From Candidatus Latescibacterota bacterium (GTDB taxonomy: Bacteria > Latescibacterota > UBA2968 > UBA8231): a stretch of DNA of 64,000 nt. The position numbers were made by a program, and so were the translations under genes. The stretch spans positions 2,368,001-2,432,000 of the forward strand of contig OZ241867.1 of NCBI GenBank assembly GCA_965203175.1. The letters are read 5' to 3'. Under the pieces are notes generated by a model, which saw only the letters and a list, made by a program, of their open reading frames with translations, was not told where the DNA came from and made no database searches. The first letter of the stretch is position 1. Each line of letters opens with the position of its first letter. Shown piece after piece: positions 1 to 8,239 of this stretch.

Positions 1-662
1 CGGTTGAGATATTTGATGACTGTGGTGCCGGGAGCGAGCGCGATGTGGGTGATGCCCGTGTTCTTGTGCGCGTAATAGGAGCCGTCGTCCATTGCTTGGT
101 TGCCTAAGGCCGAAAGCAACAGGCTCATAAAGCCGCCGTGGGTGACGAAGCCGATGCGCGTATTCTCTCCCGCCCGCGCTCGCAAGTCTGCGGCTACGCC
201 GACAGCGCGGCGCTGGGCCTGCTGATCCGTTTCCTTGCCCGCGTCCCACCACCCGTCTTCGCCGACTTCCGCTGACGCGACGCTGGTGGGAAAACGCGCG
301 GCAATCTCCGCCCGCGTCAGGCCGGGATAGCCAACGACTCCCCGCTCCCCGCCGTGGTCGAGGAAAATGCCGCCCATCTCGTGGATAGCTACCCAGATCT
401 CCGACCTATATCCCATTGCCTGTCCGATCGCTTGTGCTGTGTGTAGGGTGCGGATCATTGGACTGCAATAAAGCCGCTCGAAAAAGGGTCGATCCTCTGC
501 GCGTTCGGACGGGGCGAGGTGCAACCCCTCTGCTAGATACGCGGCCACTTGCTCGGCCTGTGCTCGGCCGAGTTCAGTCAGTTCGGGATCGGCGACGCGC
601 TGGCTAACATCGGTCAGCGCGTTATTGGTGGACTCTCCGTGGCGGATCAGAAATAGCTCCAT
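1..662 (-). CDS. Histidine phosphatase (phosphoglycerate mutase-like) family protein, 3' end runs off the window
   Basis: Manual translation from ATG 662: MELFLIRHGESTNN...DPELTELGRAQA...YCSPMIRTLHTA (RHG motif). AGGAGG RBS upstream. Not in the ORF track because it is truncated by the window edge. Confidence 0.9.
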   Translation of the reverse strand, partial: MELFLIRHGESTNNALTDVSQRVADPELTELGRAQAEQVAAYLAEGLHLAPSERAEDRPFFERLYCSPMIRTLHTAQAIGQAMGYRSEIWVAIHEMGGIFLDHGGERGVVGYPGLTRAEIAARFPTSVASAEVGEDGWWDAGKETDQQAQRRAVGVAADLRARAGENTRIGFVTHGGFMSLLLSALGNQAMDDGSYYAHKNTGITHIALAPGTTVIKYLN

Positions 663-744
663 AGCCTCCTCATAAAGTAAGATGGTTATCGGTCAGTGCG
701 TTGTTGGTGGACTCTCCGTGGCGGATCAGAAATAGCTCCATAGC
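609..744. repeat. 57-bp direct repeat (609-665 and 688-744) duplicating the 5' end of the phosphatase gene
   Basis: Two mismatches, both synonymous. The upstream copy forms a 23-aa mini-ORF at 741..670 (-). Confidence 0.95.
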
Positions 745-810
745 ATTCTTGACAGTAGTATGGATAGTGGTTAGTGGTTAATGACCACCTATTACCGAAC
801 CACCAATGTT

Positions 811-2298
811 ATGGATATTAAAGTAATACAGGGAGCTATTCAAAAACAGGACGCGGACGTCCTCGTGGTCAACCTCTTTGCCGGAGCGCGCCCAGGCGGG
901 GCTACGGGTGCGGTTGACCAAGCCTTAGACGGCCAAATCTCGGCGGCGATTGACTTAGGCGACTTTGAGGGCAAGGCCGGTCAGACCTTGCTGCTGTACA
1001 CGCACGATCAGATCCCAGCACCGCGCGTCCTCGTCGTTGGCTTGGGCGAGCAGGAGGGTTTTGACCTCGAAAGGGCGCGCCGCGCCGCTGGCACGGCCAT
1101 CGGTACCCTCGGCCGCTTGGGAGCCAAGAGCGCGGCTACCATCCTGCACGGCACGGGCGCGGGCAACCTGCCCGTTGAGCCGGCCGCGCAAGCTGTGGCC
1201 GAAGCCTCGCTGTTGGCGGCCTATCGCTTTGACGAGTACCGCTCGCGCCCCCGTCCGCAGGCGCTGGCTAAGCTGCACATCGTAGAATTTGACTCGACTA
1301 AGCTCAAGGAGGCGCGGCGCGGTGTTCGCCGGGGCCGCGCCCTCGCCGAGGCCACTTGCCTCGCCCGCGACTTGGTCAACCACCCCGGCGGCGAAGTGAC
1401 GCCGGCCTACTTGGCCCGCACGGCCCGCCGCCTAGCCAAAACCCACGATCTGCGCTGCCGGGTCTTTAGCGCGAAGGGCTTGGCCGAGCTAGGCATGGGC
1501 GCCCTAGTGGCCGTTGGGCAAGGCAGCGCCAACAAGCCGCGTTTTATCGTCCTTGAACACGGCCCTCGCCGAGGGAAACCGCTGGTGTTTGTCGGCAAGG
1601 GCATCACCTTTGACAGCGGCGGCCTCTCGCTCAAGACCGTCGAGGGCATCCGCACGATGAAGGCCGATATGTCCGGCGCTGCTGCCGTCTTGGGTGCGAT
1701 GCAGGCGGTGGCCGCGCTCGGCCTCAAGCGGCGGGTCGTCGGCCTGATTGCCGCGGCCGAGAACATGCCCTCCAGCACTGCCTTCCGTCCCGACGATGTG
1801 CTGCGCACCCTCGCGGGTAAGACCATTGAGATCGTCAGTACGGATGCCGAAGGCCGCCTCGTCTTGGCCGATGCCCTCGCCTACGCCACCCGCTACGAGC
1901 CGGCTGCGGTCGTCGATCTGGCAACCCTCACCGGCGCTTGTGTAACCGCGCTGGGGCACCACGCTTCGGGCCTGTTTGCCAACGACGACGACTTGGCGGA
2001 CCGGCTGCTCGCCGCCGGGGAGCAAACTGGCGAGCGGCTCTGGCGCTTGCCGCTGTGGCCCGAGTACCGCGACCAGATCGACAGCGACATCGCCGACATG
2101 AAAAACTCTGGCGGTCGGCCAGCGGGTGCCAGTACGGCTGCGGCGCTTTTGGCCGAGTTCGCCGACTACTCCTGGGCGCACCTCGACATTGCCGGCACTG
2201 CTTGGTGCACGAAGGCCAAACCTTATGTGCCGCGAGGCGGCGTCGGCATTGGCGTGCGCCTATTGACTCAACTTGCCCTCGATTGGAGTTCATCATGA
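811..2298 (+). CDS. pepA: Leucyl aminopeptidase (M17)
   Basis: VGKGITFDSGG, MKADMSGAA, TDAEGRL, DLATLTGA and HLDIAG motifs. Start taken at MDIKV (811). Confidence 0.95.
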   Translation: MDIKVIQGAIQKQDADVLVVNLFAGARPGGATGAVDQALDGQISAAIDLGDFEGKAGQTLLLYTHDQIPAPRVLVVGLGEQEGFDLERARRAAGTAIGTLGRLGAKSAATILHGTGAGNLPVEPAAQAVAEASLLAAYRFDEYRSRPRPQALAKLHIVEFDSTKLKEARRGVRRGRALAEATCLARDLVNHPGGEVTPAYLARTARRLAKTHDLRCRVFSAKGLAELGMGALVAVGQGSANKPRFIVLEHGPRRGKPLVFVGKGITFDSGGLSLKTVEGIRTMKADMSGAAAVLGAMQAVAALGLKRRVVGLIAAAENMPSSTAFRPDDVLRTLAGKTIEIVSTDAEGRLVLADALAYATRYEPAAVVDLATLTGACVTALGHHASGLFANDDDLADRLLAAGEQTGERLWRLPLWPEYRDQIDSDIADMKNSGGRPAGASTAAALLAEFADYSWAHLDIAGTAWCTKAKPYVPRGGVGIGVRLLTQLALDWSSS

Positions 2299-3284
2299 CT
2301 ATTCGCACGATCCACGTAGGAACCGGCGGCCGCGGCCGCTGGCCCCTAAACCGCTTCCGCGACCGCACCGACTTTGAAGCTGTCGCCTTAGTCGATGTTA
2401 ATGAAGAAAACCTCGCCACGGCGCGGGAGACTACCGGCCTAGGCGAAGAGGCGTGTTTTTCTACGCCTGCCGATGCCCTGCAAGCCGTTGATGCAGACGC
2501 CGTGGTGGTCATTACGCCACCCGACCTGCACGCCGGTCAGTGCTTGGAGGCGGTCCGCGCTGGCAAGCACGTGCTGGTGGAAAAGCCCTTTACCAAAGAC
2601 CTCGGCCAAGCGCGGCAGATCGTCGCCGAGGCGAGCGAGCGCGGCCTCAAGGTCGCCGTTACTCAAAACGCCCGCTACTATCCGCCGGTCTTAACCATCC
2701 GCCGATTGCTGCAAAGTGGCGATTTGGGTCAGCCTTCCTTTGGCCTGATGACCAAATACGGCTGGCGTCCGCGCGTTCACCATTCGGGCGCGGACCAACA
2801 CGCCTACTTGTGGGAGCGCGGTATCCACGACTTCGATCAATTGCGCCACCTGCTCGACTCTGAGCCGCGACGGTTGTTCTGTCATAGTTTCAATCCGCCC
2901 TGGAGTCCGTACAGCGGCGGCGCGGCCATCGACGGCTGGATCGAGTTCCACAACGGCACTACGTTCAGTTTTCAGTGTACCTTTGCTACCCATAAAGGTG
3001 GTTCTAGCTGGCGGCTGGATTGCGAGAAGGGCACGGTCGAAGAGGTCTCCGGCGGCTTGGCGATTCGGCGGCCTGGGGCCGATGCAGACGAGATCATACC
3101 GATGGACGAAAATCCCCATCCCGAGGAAGTCCTTTTAGACGGCTTCCGCGACTACGTGCTCAACGACGTGGAGCCGCCCTTCTCCGGCCCGCGCAACCTA
3201 GCCACGGTGGGCCTGATCAACGCCTTAGGAGCCTCGTCAGAGCAAGGCGTTGTGATCGATTTCGACGAGTACATGGCCGGATAG
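2295..3284 (+). CDS. Gfo/Idh/MocA family oxidoreductase
   Basis: GTGGRG Rossmann motif, AGKHVLVEKP, IHDFD. ATGA overlap with the pepA stop. Confidence 0.9.
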   Translation: MTIRTIHVGTGGRGRWPLNRFRDRTDFEAVALVDVNEENLATARETTGLGEEACFSTPADALQAVDADAVVVITPPDLHAGQCLEAVRAGKHVLVEKPFTKDLGQARQIVAEASERGLKVAVTQNARYYPPVLTIRRLLQSGDLGQPSFGLMTKYGWRPRVHHSGADQHAYLWERGIHDFDQLRHLLDSEPRRLFCHSFNPPWSPYSGGAAIDGWIEFHNGTTFSFQCTFATHKGGSSWRLDCEKGTVEEVSGGLAIRRPGADADEIIPMDENPHPEEVLLDGFRDYVLNDVEPPFSGPRNLATVGLINALGASSEQGVVIDFDEYMAG

Positions 3285-3288
3285 AGCA

Positions 3289-4311
3289 ATGGACGAACAG
3301 ACCGCCCGCAGCCTACACCAAGACTCCTTAGTCATCGATTCGCACAACGACAGTATCGTCGCTCTGATCCGTCGAGGTATGTCCATAGACGGCGCACAGC
3401 GCGCTGATTTTCACCAGCGCGACGGGGCTGTCGCTTATTTGCGCCAGTACCAGCCACCGGGCGATGGCGTTCAGCTCGACTTGCCCAAGGCGCGCGAGGG
3501 CGGGCTAGACGCGGCGTTTTTCGCCGTTGATTGCACCCGTCCTTGGGGCAACCACTTGCTCTACTGCATGGATGCCTTGGGCCATTTTTTGCAGGAGGTG
3601 GAAGAGCACAGCGAGGGTATTGCCGTGGCGCGCTGTGCGGCTGACATTGAGCGCGCCCGCGCCGAAGCCCAACTAGCGGCCATACTGGCAGTGGAAAACA
3701 GCGATGCACTGGAGAAAAGCCCTCACATCCTGCCGCTGCTCTACCAGTTGGGCGTCCGCGCCATGACCCTCACCCACAGCACCCGCTCTTGGGCTGGAGA
3801 TGGCTGCGAGGTCGCAGGAGGTGGCGGCCTGACCGGCTTTGGCCGCCAGCTACTGGAGCAGATGAACGAACTAGGCGTAGTCGTCGATGTCTCCCATCTC
3901 AACGAGCCGGGCTTTTGGGACGTGGTCCAAGCGGCCCAAGCTCCTTTTATGGCCACCCATAGCTGCTGCCGCGCCCTCTGCGACCACCCGCGCAACCTCC
4001 GCGACGATCAACTGCGCGCCCTCGCCGAAAAGGGCGGGGTCGTGGCCATTACGTTTGTCCCGGACTTTATCGACGCGCACAACCCCACTTTCGACGGCCT
4101 GCTCGACCACATCGAACACGCGGTGGCCGTCGCTGGCATCGACCACGTCGGCTTGGGGTCGGATTTTGACGGCGGCGGTCTGCTGTTGGAAGACGCGACC
4201 TGCCTTCCGGACATTGCGGTGGGTTTGGCCAAACGCGGCTATGCCGAGGCCGATATTCGCAAAATCCTCGGCGCGAACCAACTGCGGTTCTTGCAACAGG
4301 TCATCGGCTGA
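3289..4311 (+). CDS. Membrane dipeptidase family (M19)
   Basis: IDSHND, DVSHL, HPRNLRD and GLGSDFDG motifs. Confidence 0.92.
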   Translation: MDEQTARSLHQDSLVIDSHNDSIVALIRRGMSIDGAQRADFHQRDGAVAYLRQYQPPGDGVQLDLPKAREGGLDAAFFAVDCTRPWGNHLLYCMDALGHFLQEVEEHSEGIAVARCAADIERARAEAQLAAILAVENSDALEKSPHILPLLYQLGVRAMTLTHSTRSWAGDGCEVAGGGGLTGFGRQLLEQMNELGVVVDVSHLNEPGFWDVVQAAQAPFMATHSCCRALCDHPRNLRDDQLRALAEKGGVVAITFVPDFIDAHNPTFDGLLDHIEHAVAVAGIDHVGLGSDFDGGGLLLEDATCLPDIAVGLAKRGYAEADIRKILGANQLRFLQQVIG

Positions 4312-5800
4312 GGCCATAGAGCGCCCCGAACTTCTCCCACAAGTAGTCGATGAAGTAATCGGCACTCAGCTTTGCGCTCGTCACCTCTTCGACCAATTCA
4401 CTCGCCGTTGCCCGCGAGCCGCGGGCGTGGATTTTCTCGTTGAGCCAAGTTTTGAGTGGCCCGAGTTCGCCTTGCGCGATCTGTGCTTCGAGGTCGGGCA
4501 AGTCCTGGTGGGCTTGGTGAAAAAACTGGGCCGCGTACAGATTTCCCAGTGTGTAGGTTGGGAAATAGCCCAGTAGGCCGCAGGACCAGTGCGTGTCTTG
4601 GAGAACGCCGAGAGCGTCGTCGGGCGGACGGATGCCCAAGTATTGCTCCATCCGCTCGTTCCACACCTCGGGCAGTTCCGCCACGGCGACCTGCCCTTCG
4701 ATCAGGTCACACTCCAGTTCAAAACGCAGCAGGATGTGGAGGTTATACGTCACCTCGTCGGCCTCGACCCGGATCAGCGAAGGCTGGACTTGATTGACTG
4801 CCGCGTAAAAGGCGTCTAGATCGACCGCGCTGAGCTGCTGGGGAAAAAGCGCTTGTAGCTTGGGCAGGTAGTGCGTCCAGAAGGCTTTGCTGCGGCCGAC
4901 CATGTTCTCCCACAGCCGCGATTGCGACTCGTGGATGCCCAGCGAGACGCTCGCGCCGGCCGGAGTGCCGATCGCGTCGGCGGGCAGGCCCTGTTCGTAC
5001 AGCCCGTGCCCGGCCTCGTGGATGGTGCCAAAAAGCGAGCCGGGCAGCCAATCGGCGCTGTAGCGCGTCGTCAGCCGCACGTCGTCGCGGGACGTGCCCG
5101 CGCAAAATGGATGCACCGCCAAGTCGAGCCGTCCGGCCTCCAGGTCAAAGCCCATGTCCGCTAACACCTGTTGTCCCAAAAGCTCCTGTTGCTCGATGGG
5201 GTATTCTTGGTCGAGTACGCCCCGCGCTGGGTACTTCCCGGTGGCGGTGATTTGTTCGACTAGTGGTACGAGTTGTTCTTTGAGCTGGGCAAAGACCGGG
5301 GCGATTTCCTCGGCTCGCGCATAAGGCTCGTACTCGTCGAGCAACGCGTTGTACATCGCGCCTTCGTACCCGACTCGCTCGGCGACTTCCTTTTTGAGCG
5401 CGACTATTTTCTCCAGCCAAGGCTGGAAGAGCGCGAAGTCCGATTTTTCTCGCGCCTCGATCCAAGCTTCGTGCCCCAAGGACTCGGTCTGGCTCAGCTC
5501 GACGACCAGCTCCTTGGGAAGCTTGAGCGACCGGCTCTGCTGGCGGTCGATTTCGCGAACGTTGACGGCTGCATCGCCTGTTAGATCGGCGTCTTTGAGG
5601 TCGGCTACGAGCGCGACCAATTTCGGTGCGGTGAGCCGCTCGTGGTACAGACCGGCCAAGGTCCCCATCGCTCTGGCCCGCATGGCCGCGCCGCGCGGCG
5701 GCATATAGGTCTCTTGGTCCCAACTCATCAGCCCCTGCGCGTGGTGTATGTCGGCCAGCTCGTGGAGGCGTTCTACAAAAGCGTCATACGTTCTGCTCAT
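4301..5800 (-). CDS. Carboxypeptidase M32 (Taq-like)
   Basis: HPF, DVRLTTRY, HEAGH, HESQS, IRVEADE and GYFPTYTLG motifs. Confidence 0.95.
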   Translation of the reverse strand: MSRTYDAFVERLHELADIHHAQGLMSWDQETYMPPRGAAMRARAMGTLAGLYHERLTAPKLVALVADLKDADLTGDAAVNVREIDRQQSRSLKLPKELVVELSQTESLGHEAWIEAREKSDFALFQPWLEKIVALKKEVAERVGYEGAMYNALLDEYEPYARAEEIAPVFAQLKEQLVPLVEQITATGKYPARGVLDQEYPIEQQELLGQQVLADMGFDLEAGRLDLAVHPFCAGTSRDDVRLTTRYSADWLPGSLFGTIHEAGHGLYEQGLPADAIGTPAGASVSLGIHESQSRLWENMVGRSKAFWTHYLPKLQALFPQQLSAVDLDAFYAAVNQVQPSLIRVEADEVTYNLHILLRFELECDLIEGQVAVAELPEVWNERMEQYLGIRPPDDALGVLQDTHWSCGLLGYFPTYTLGNLYAAQFFHQAHQDLPDLEAQIAQGELGPLKTWLNEKIHARGSRATASELVEEVTSAKLSADYFIDYLWEKFGALYGLSR

Positions 5801-5901
5801 GGCATTGCCTTTCCGTGCGTTAATTAAACGGTTGCTCGCATGTGAATTTTTGTGTGTCTTCTGTCCATCAATCTATGACCCCATCATCCGCGGAGGCTCC
5901 C

Positions 5902-7131
5902 ATGAAGATCACCCACGCTGAAGCCATTGCTCTTAATATCCCCTTTTACGCCGAGCACGTCACCCGCGCCATGCAGCGCGCCTCTACCCACGACGAGCGC
6001 GTGTGGGTTGTGCGCTTGGAGACGGATAACGGCCTAGTGGGCTGGGCCGACAACCACGGCCAGCCATCGGTCGATGGCCTCGTCGGGCAAAACCCGGCCA
6101 GCCTGATAAACCGCGACGATATTGGCTTTGGCCCGCAAGTCGCTTGCCTCGACCTAGTGGGCCAAGACAACGGCGTGCCCGTACACGAACTACTCGGCGT
6201 CAAGCTCCGCGACCGCTGCCCCATATCTTGGTGGGACATAGATATGCCGCCCCAAGACTGGGTCGCCGAGGCCGAGGAATCGCTAAGGCGCGGGTACACC
6301 ACCTTTAAGATGAAGGCCCGCCCGTGGCGCGACATTATCGCTCAAACCGATGCGGTCGCCAAGGTCGTTCCGGCCGACTACAAATTCGATGTCGATTTCA
6401 ATGGCTTCTTGCTCAACCAAGCCAAAGCTGAAATCACCCTGCAAAAGCTCGACGAAAACCCCAATGTCGGCATGTACGAAAGTCCGTTTTACCTGCACTC
6501 GGACGTGGATGGGGCGCGGATTTTGCGCGAGCGGGTGCGCAAACCCATTGTCGAGCACTACCAAGACCAATATCTGCGCAACGACTGCTGCGACGGGTTC
6601 GTCATCGGCGGCGGCGCGACCGATACCCGGCGGACGGCAACGCTCGCGGCCGCCCACAACAAGCCTTTTTGGCTCCAACTCGTCGGCGCTGGCTTGACCA
6701 CTACTTATGCGGCCCACCTCGGCTCGGTGCTCTCGCACGCCCAACTGCCCTATATCACCTGCCACGAGCTGTGGGAGGACGATCTGCTGCAAGAGCCTAT
6801 TGAGGTCCGCGACGGCTATATGCCGGTTCCAGACGCGCCCGGCTTGGGCGTCGCCGTGGATGAAGAGGCGATTGCAAAGTACCGCGTGGATTCCGCAGAG
6901 CCGACGCCCACGCAACACTACATGGCCCAAAAGCGCATTCTCCGCGTGTACTGGCCGGGTGACGGCAAAGAGCGAGAGTGGGAATTTACTGCTGAAGCCC
7001 ACTATCAGCAGGCCTTCTACGCTGGCAACATCCCCGGCTTTGAGCAAGGCGTCGATTTGGAAGTGATCGAGGACGACAATAGCGCGGCCTTCCAAAAGCG
7101 ACACGAGGCTCTGTTGGCGCAAGGGCGCTAG
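5902..7131 (+). CDS. Mandelate racemase/muconate lactonizing enzyme (enolase superfamily) protein
   Basis: KMK motif, DFN, ESP, PDAPGLGV. GGAGG RBS before ATG 5902. Confidence 0.85.
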   Translation: MKITHAEAIALNIPFYAEHVTRAMQRASTHDERVWVVRLETDNGLVGWADNHGQPSVDGLVGQNPASLINRDDIGFGPQVACLDLVGQDNGVPVHELLGVKLRDRCPISWWDIDMPPQDWVAEAEESLRRGYTTFKMKARPWRDIIAQTDAVAKVVPADYKFDVDFNGFLLNQAKAEITLQKLDENPNVGMYESPFYLHSDVDGARILRERVRKPIVEHYQDQYLRNDCCDGFVIGGGATDTRRTATLAAAHNKPFWLQLVGAGLTTTYAAHLGSVLSHAQLPYITCHELWEDDLLQEPIEVRDGYMPVPDAPGLGVAVDEEAIAKYRVDSAEPTPTQHYMAQKRILRVYWPGDGKEREWEFTAEAHYQQAFYAGNIPGFEQGVDLEVIEDDNSAAFQKRHEALLAQGR

Positions 7132-8138
7132 TCGCGCTGCCGAGCGATCGCTTCGTAATCCGTCAGCGCGTAGCCGATGCCCACGTAGTCGAGCAGGTTG
7201 AGCAGCGCCCGCAGCGCGACCCCAAATCCATCGACACCGCTGAAGCCGCCGAACTGTCCGCCGCCCTTTAGGTGCGGCTCTAGGTCGAGGAACACGCCGG
7301 GGACTCCTTTCTGCTTCAACTCGTGTTCTAGGGCTGGGACGCGAGTGCGGAAGTCGCGCAATATGGCCTCGTGCGCGGAGTCGCCGCGGTCGGCGGGCAC
7401 GAAGTTTTTGAGCCGCTCCTCGTCCACGACGCCCTCCCATTGGAGAGTTGGGTCGATCTTGTAGTCCTTGATGTGCATCCAGCCAATCCCCTCGCGCATC
7501 GCGTGATACTCGGCTAGGGTTTCGACCGGGGTGAAGTTTTGGCTCGACAGATTGCCGCCGTCAAAAATCAGGCACAGGTTGGGGTGGTCCACCATCTCGT
7601 AGAGTTTCTGTAGGAGTTGCCCGTTCTGGCCGACGAGGTTGGCCTCGACCTCCAGGCCGAAAATGGCACCGCCCCGGCTGCAGACCTCGGCGATTTGCGC
7701 CAGCCGCTCGGCCGCCGGCTCTACGTAATTCGCTGGATCCTCGCCCTGGGGGTGGTAAAACGAGAACCCGCGAATCAGCCGCGTCTCGAACTCGCCGGCC
7801 AGATCCACGGCCCGCTGCACGTCCTGTTGCAAGTATTGGTCGAATGGGATGTAGGCATTGGCCGAGCCGTCTTCCACATCGAGCAGCTTGACCTTGCCAA
7901 TCGGCGAGCCGATTGAGGCCACTGCAATCCCGAATTCGCCGTGTAATTGGCGTAGCCGCGCTATCTCGGGCTGCGTTAGCTGCATCACGTTTTTGACGCC
8001 CTGTCCCACATCGACAAAGCGCAAGCTGTAGTGCGACATGCCCAGCGTTGCGAGCATGGCTAGCTGGGCTTCGGCCTTTTTGTCCTCCGGTCCCTCGTCG
8101 GCAAAGCCGCTGATGATCACCTTGGGTGTTTCGCGCAT
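7128..8138 (-). CDS. Sugar phosphate isomerase/epimerase (xylose isomerase-like TIM barrel)
   Basis: SGFADE, GSPIGK, FDGGN, HIKD and LEPHL motifs. Confidence 0.85.
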   Translation of the reverse strand: MRETPKVIISGFADEGPEDKKAEAQLAMLATLGMSHYSLRFVDVGQGVKNVMQLTQPEIARLRQLHGEFGIAVASIGSPIGKVKLLDVEDGSANAYIPFDQYLQQDVQRAVDLAGEFETRLIRGFSFYHPQGEDPANYVEPAAERLAQIAEVCSRGGAIFGLEVEANLVGQNGQLLQKLYEMVDHPNLCLIFDGGNLSSQNFTPVETLAEYHAMREGIGWMHIKDYKIDPTLQWEGVVDEERLKNFVPADRGDSAHEAILRDFRTRVPALEHELKQKGVPGVFLDLEPHLKGGGQFGGFSGVDGFGVALRALLNLLDYVGIGYALTDYEAIARQRD

Positions 8139-8239
8139 GAGATTCTCCTAAGTGTAGAGCTTGTACAGACCTTGACAAAATTCACCTTCACTGCTGTCTT
8201 AGGGCTTCTTGCAACCCAACCCTATAGAAGAAACTAAGC

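Noticed and set aside
762-807. TAGTGGT-TAGTGGT heptamer repeat with an imperfect inverse upstream of pepA
   Set aside because: Too short and degenerate to call as a REP/STRR or IS end; it lacks the TTTGAA part of the IS1-like motif.
811-5800. Cluster of three peptidases (M17, M19, M32) as a dedicated system
   Set aside because: These are common enzymes, M32 is convergent with the others, and nothing links them beyond proximity.
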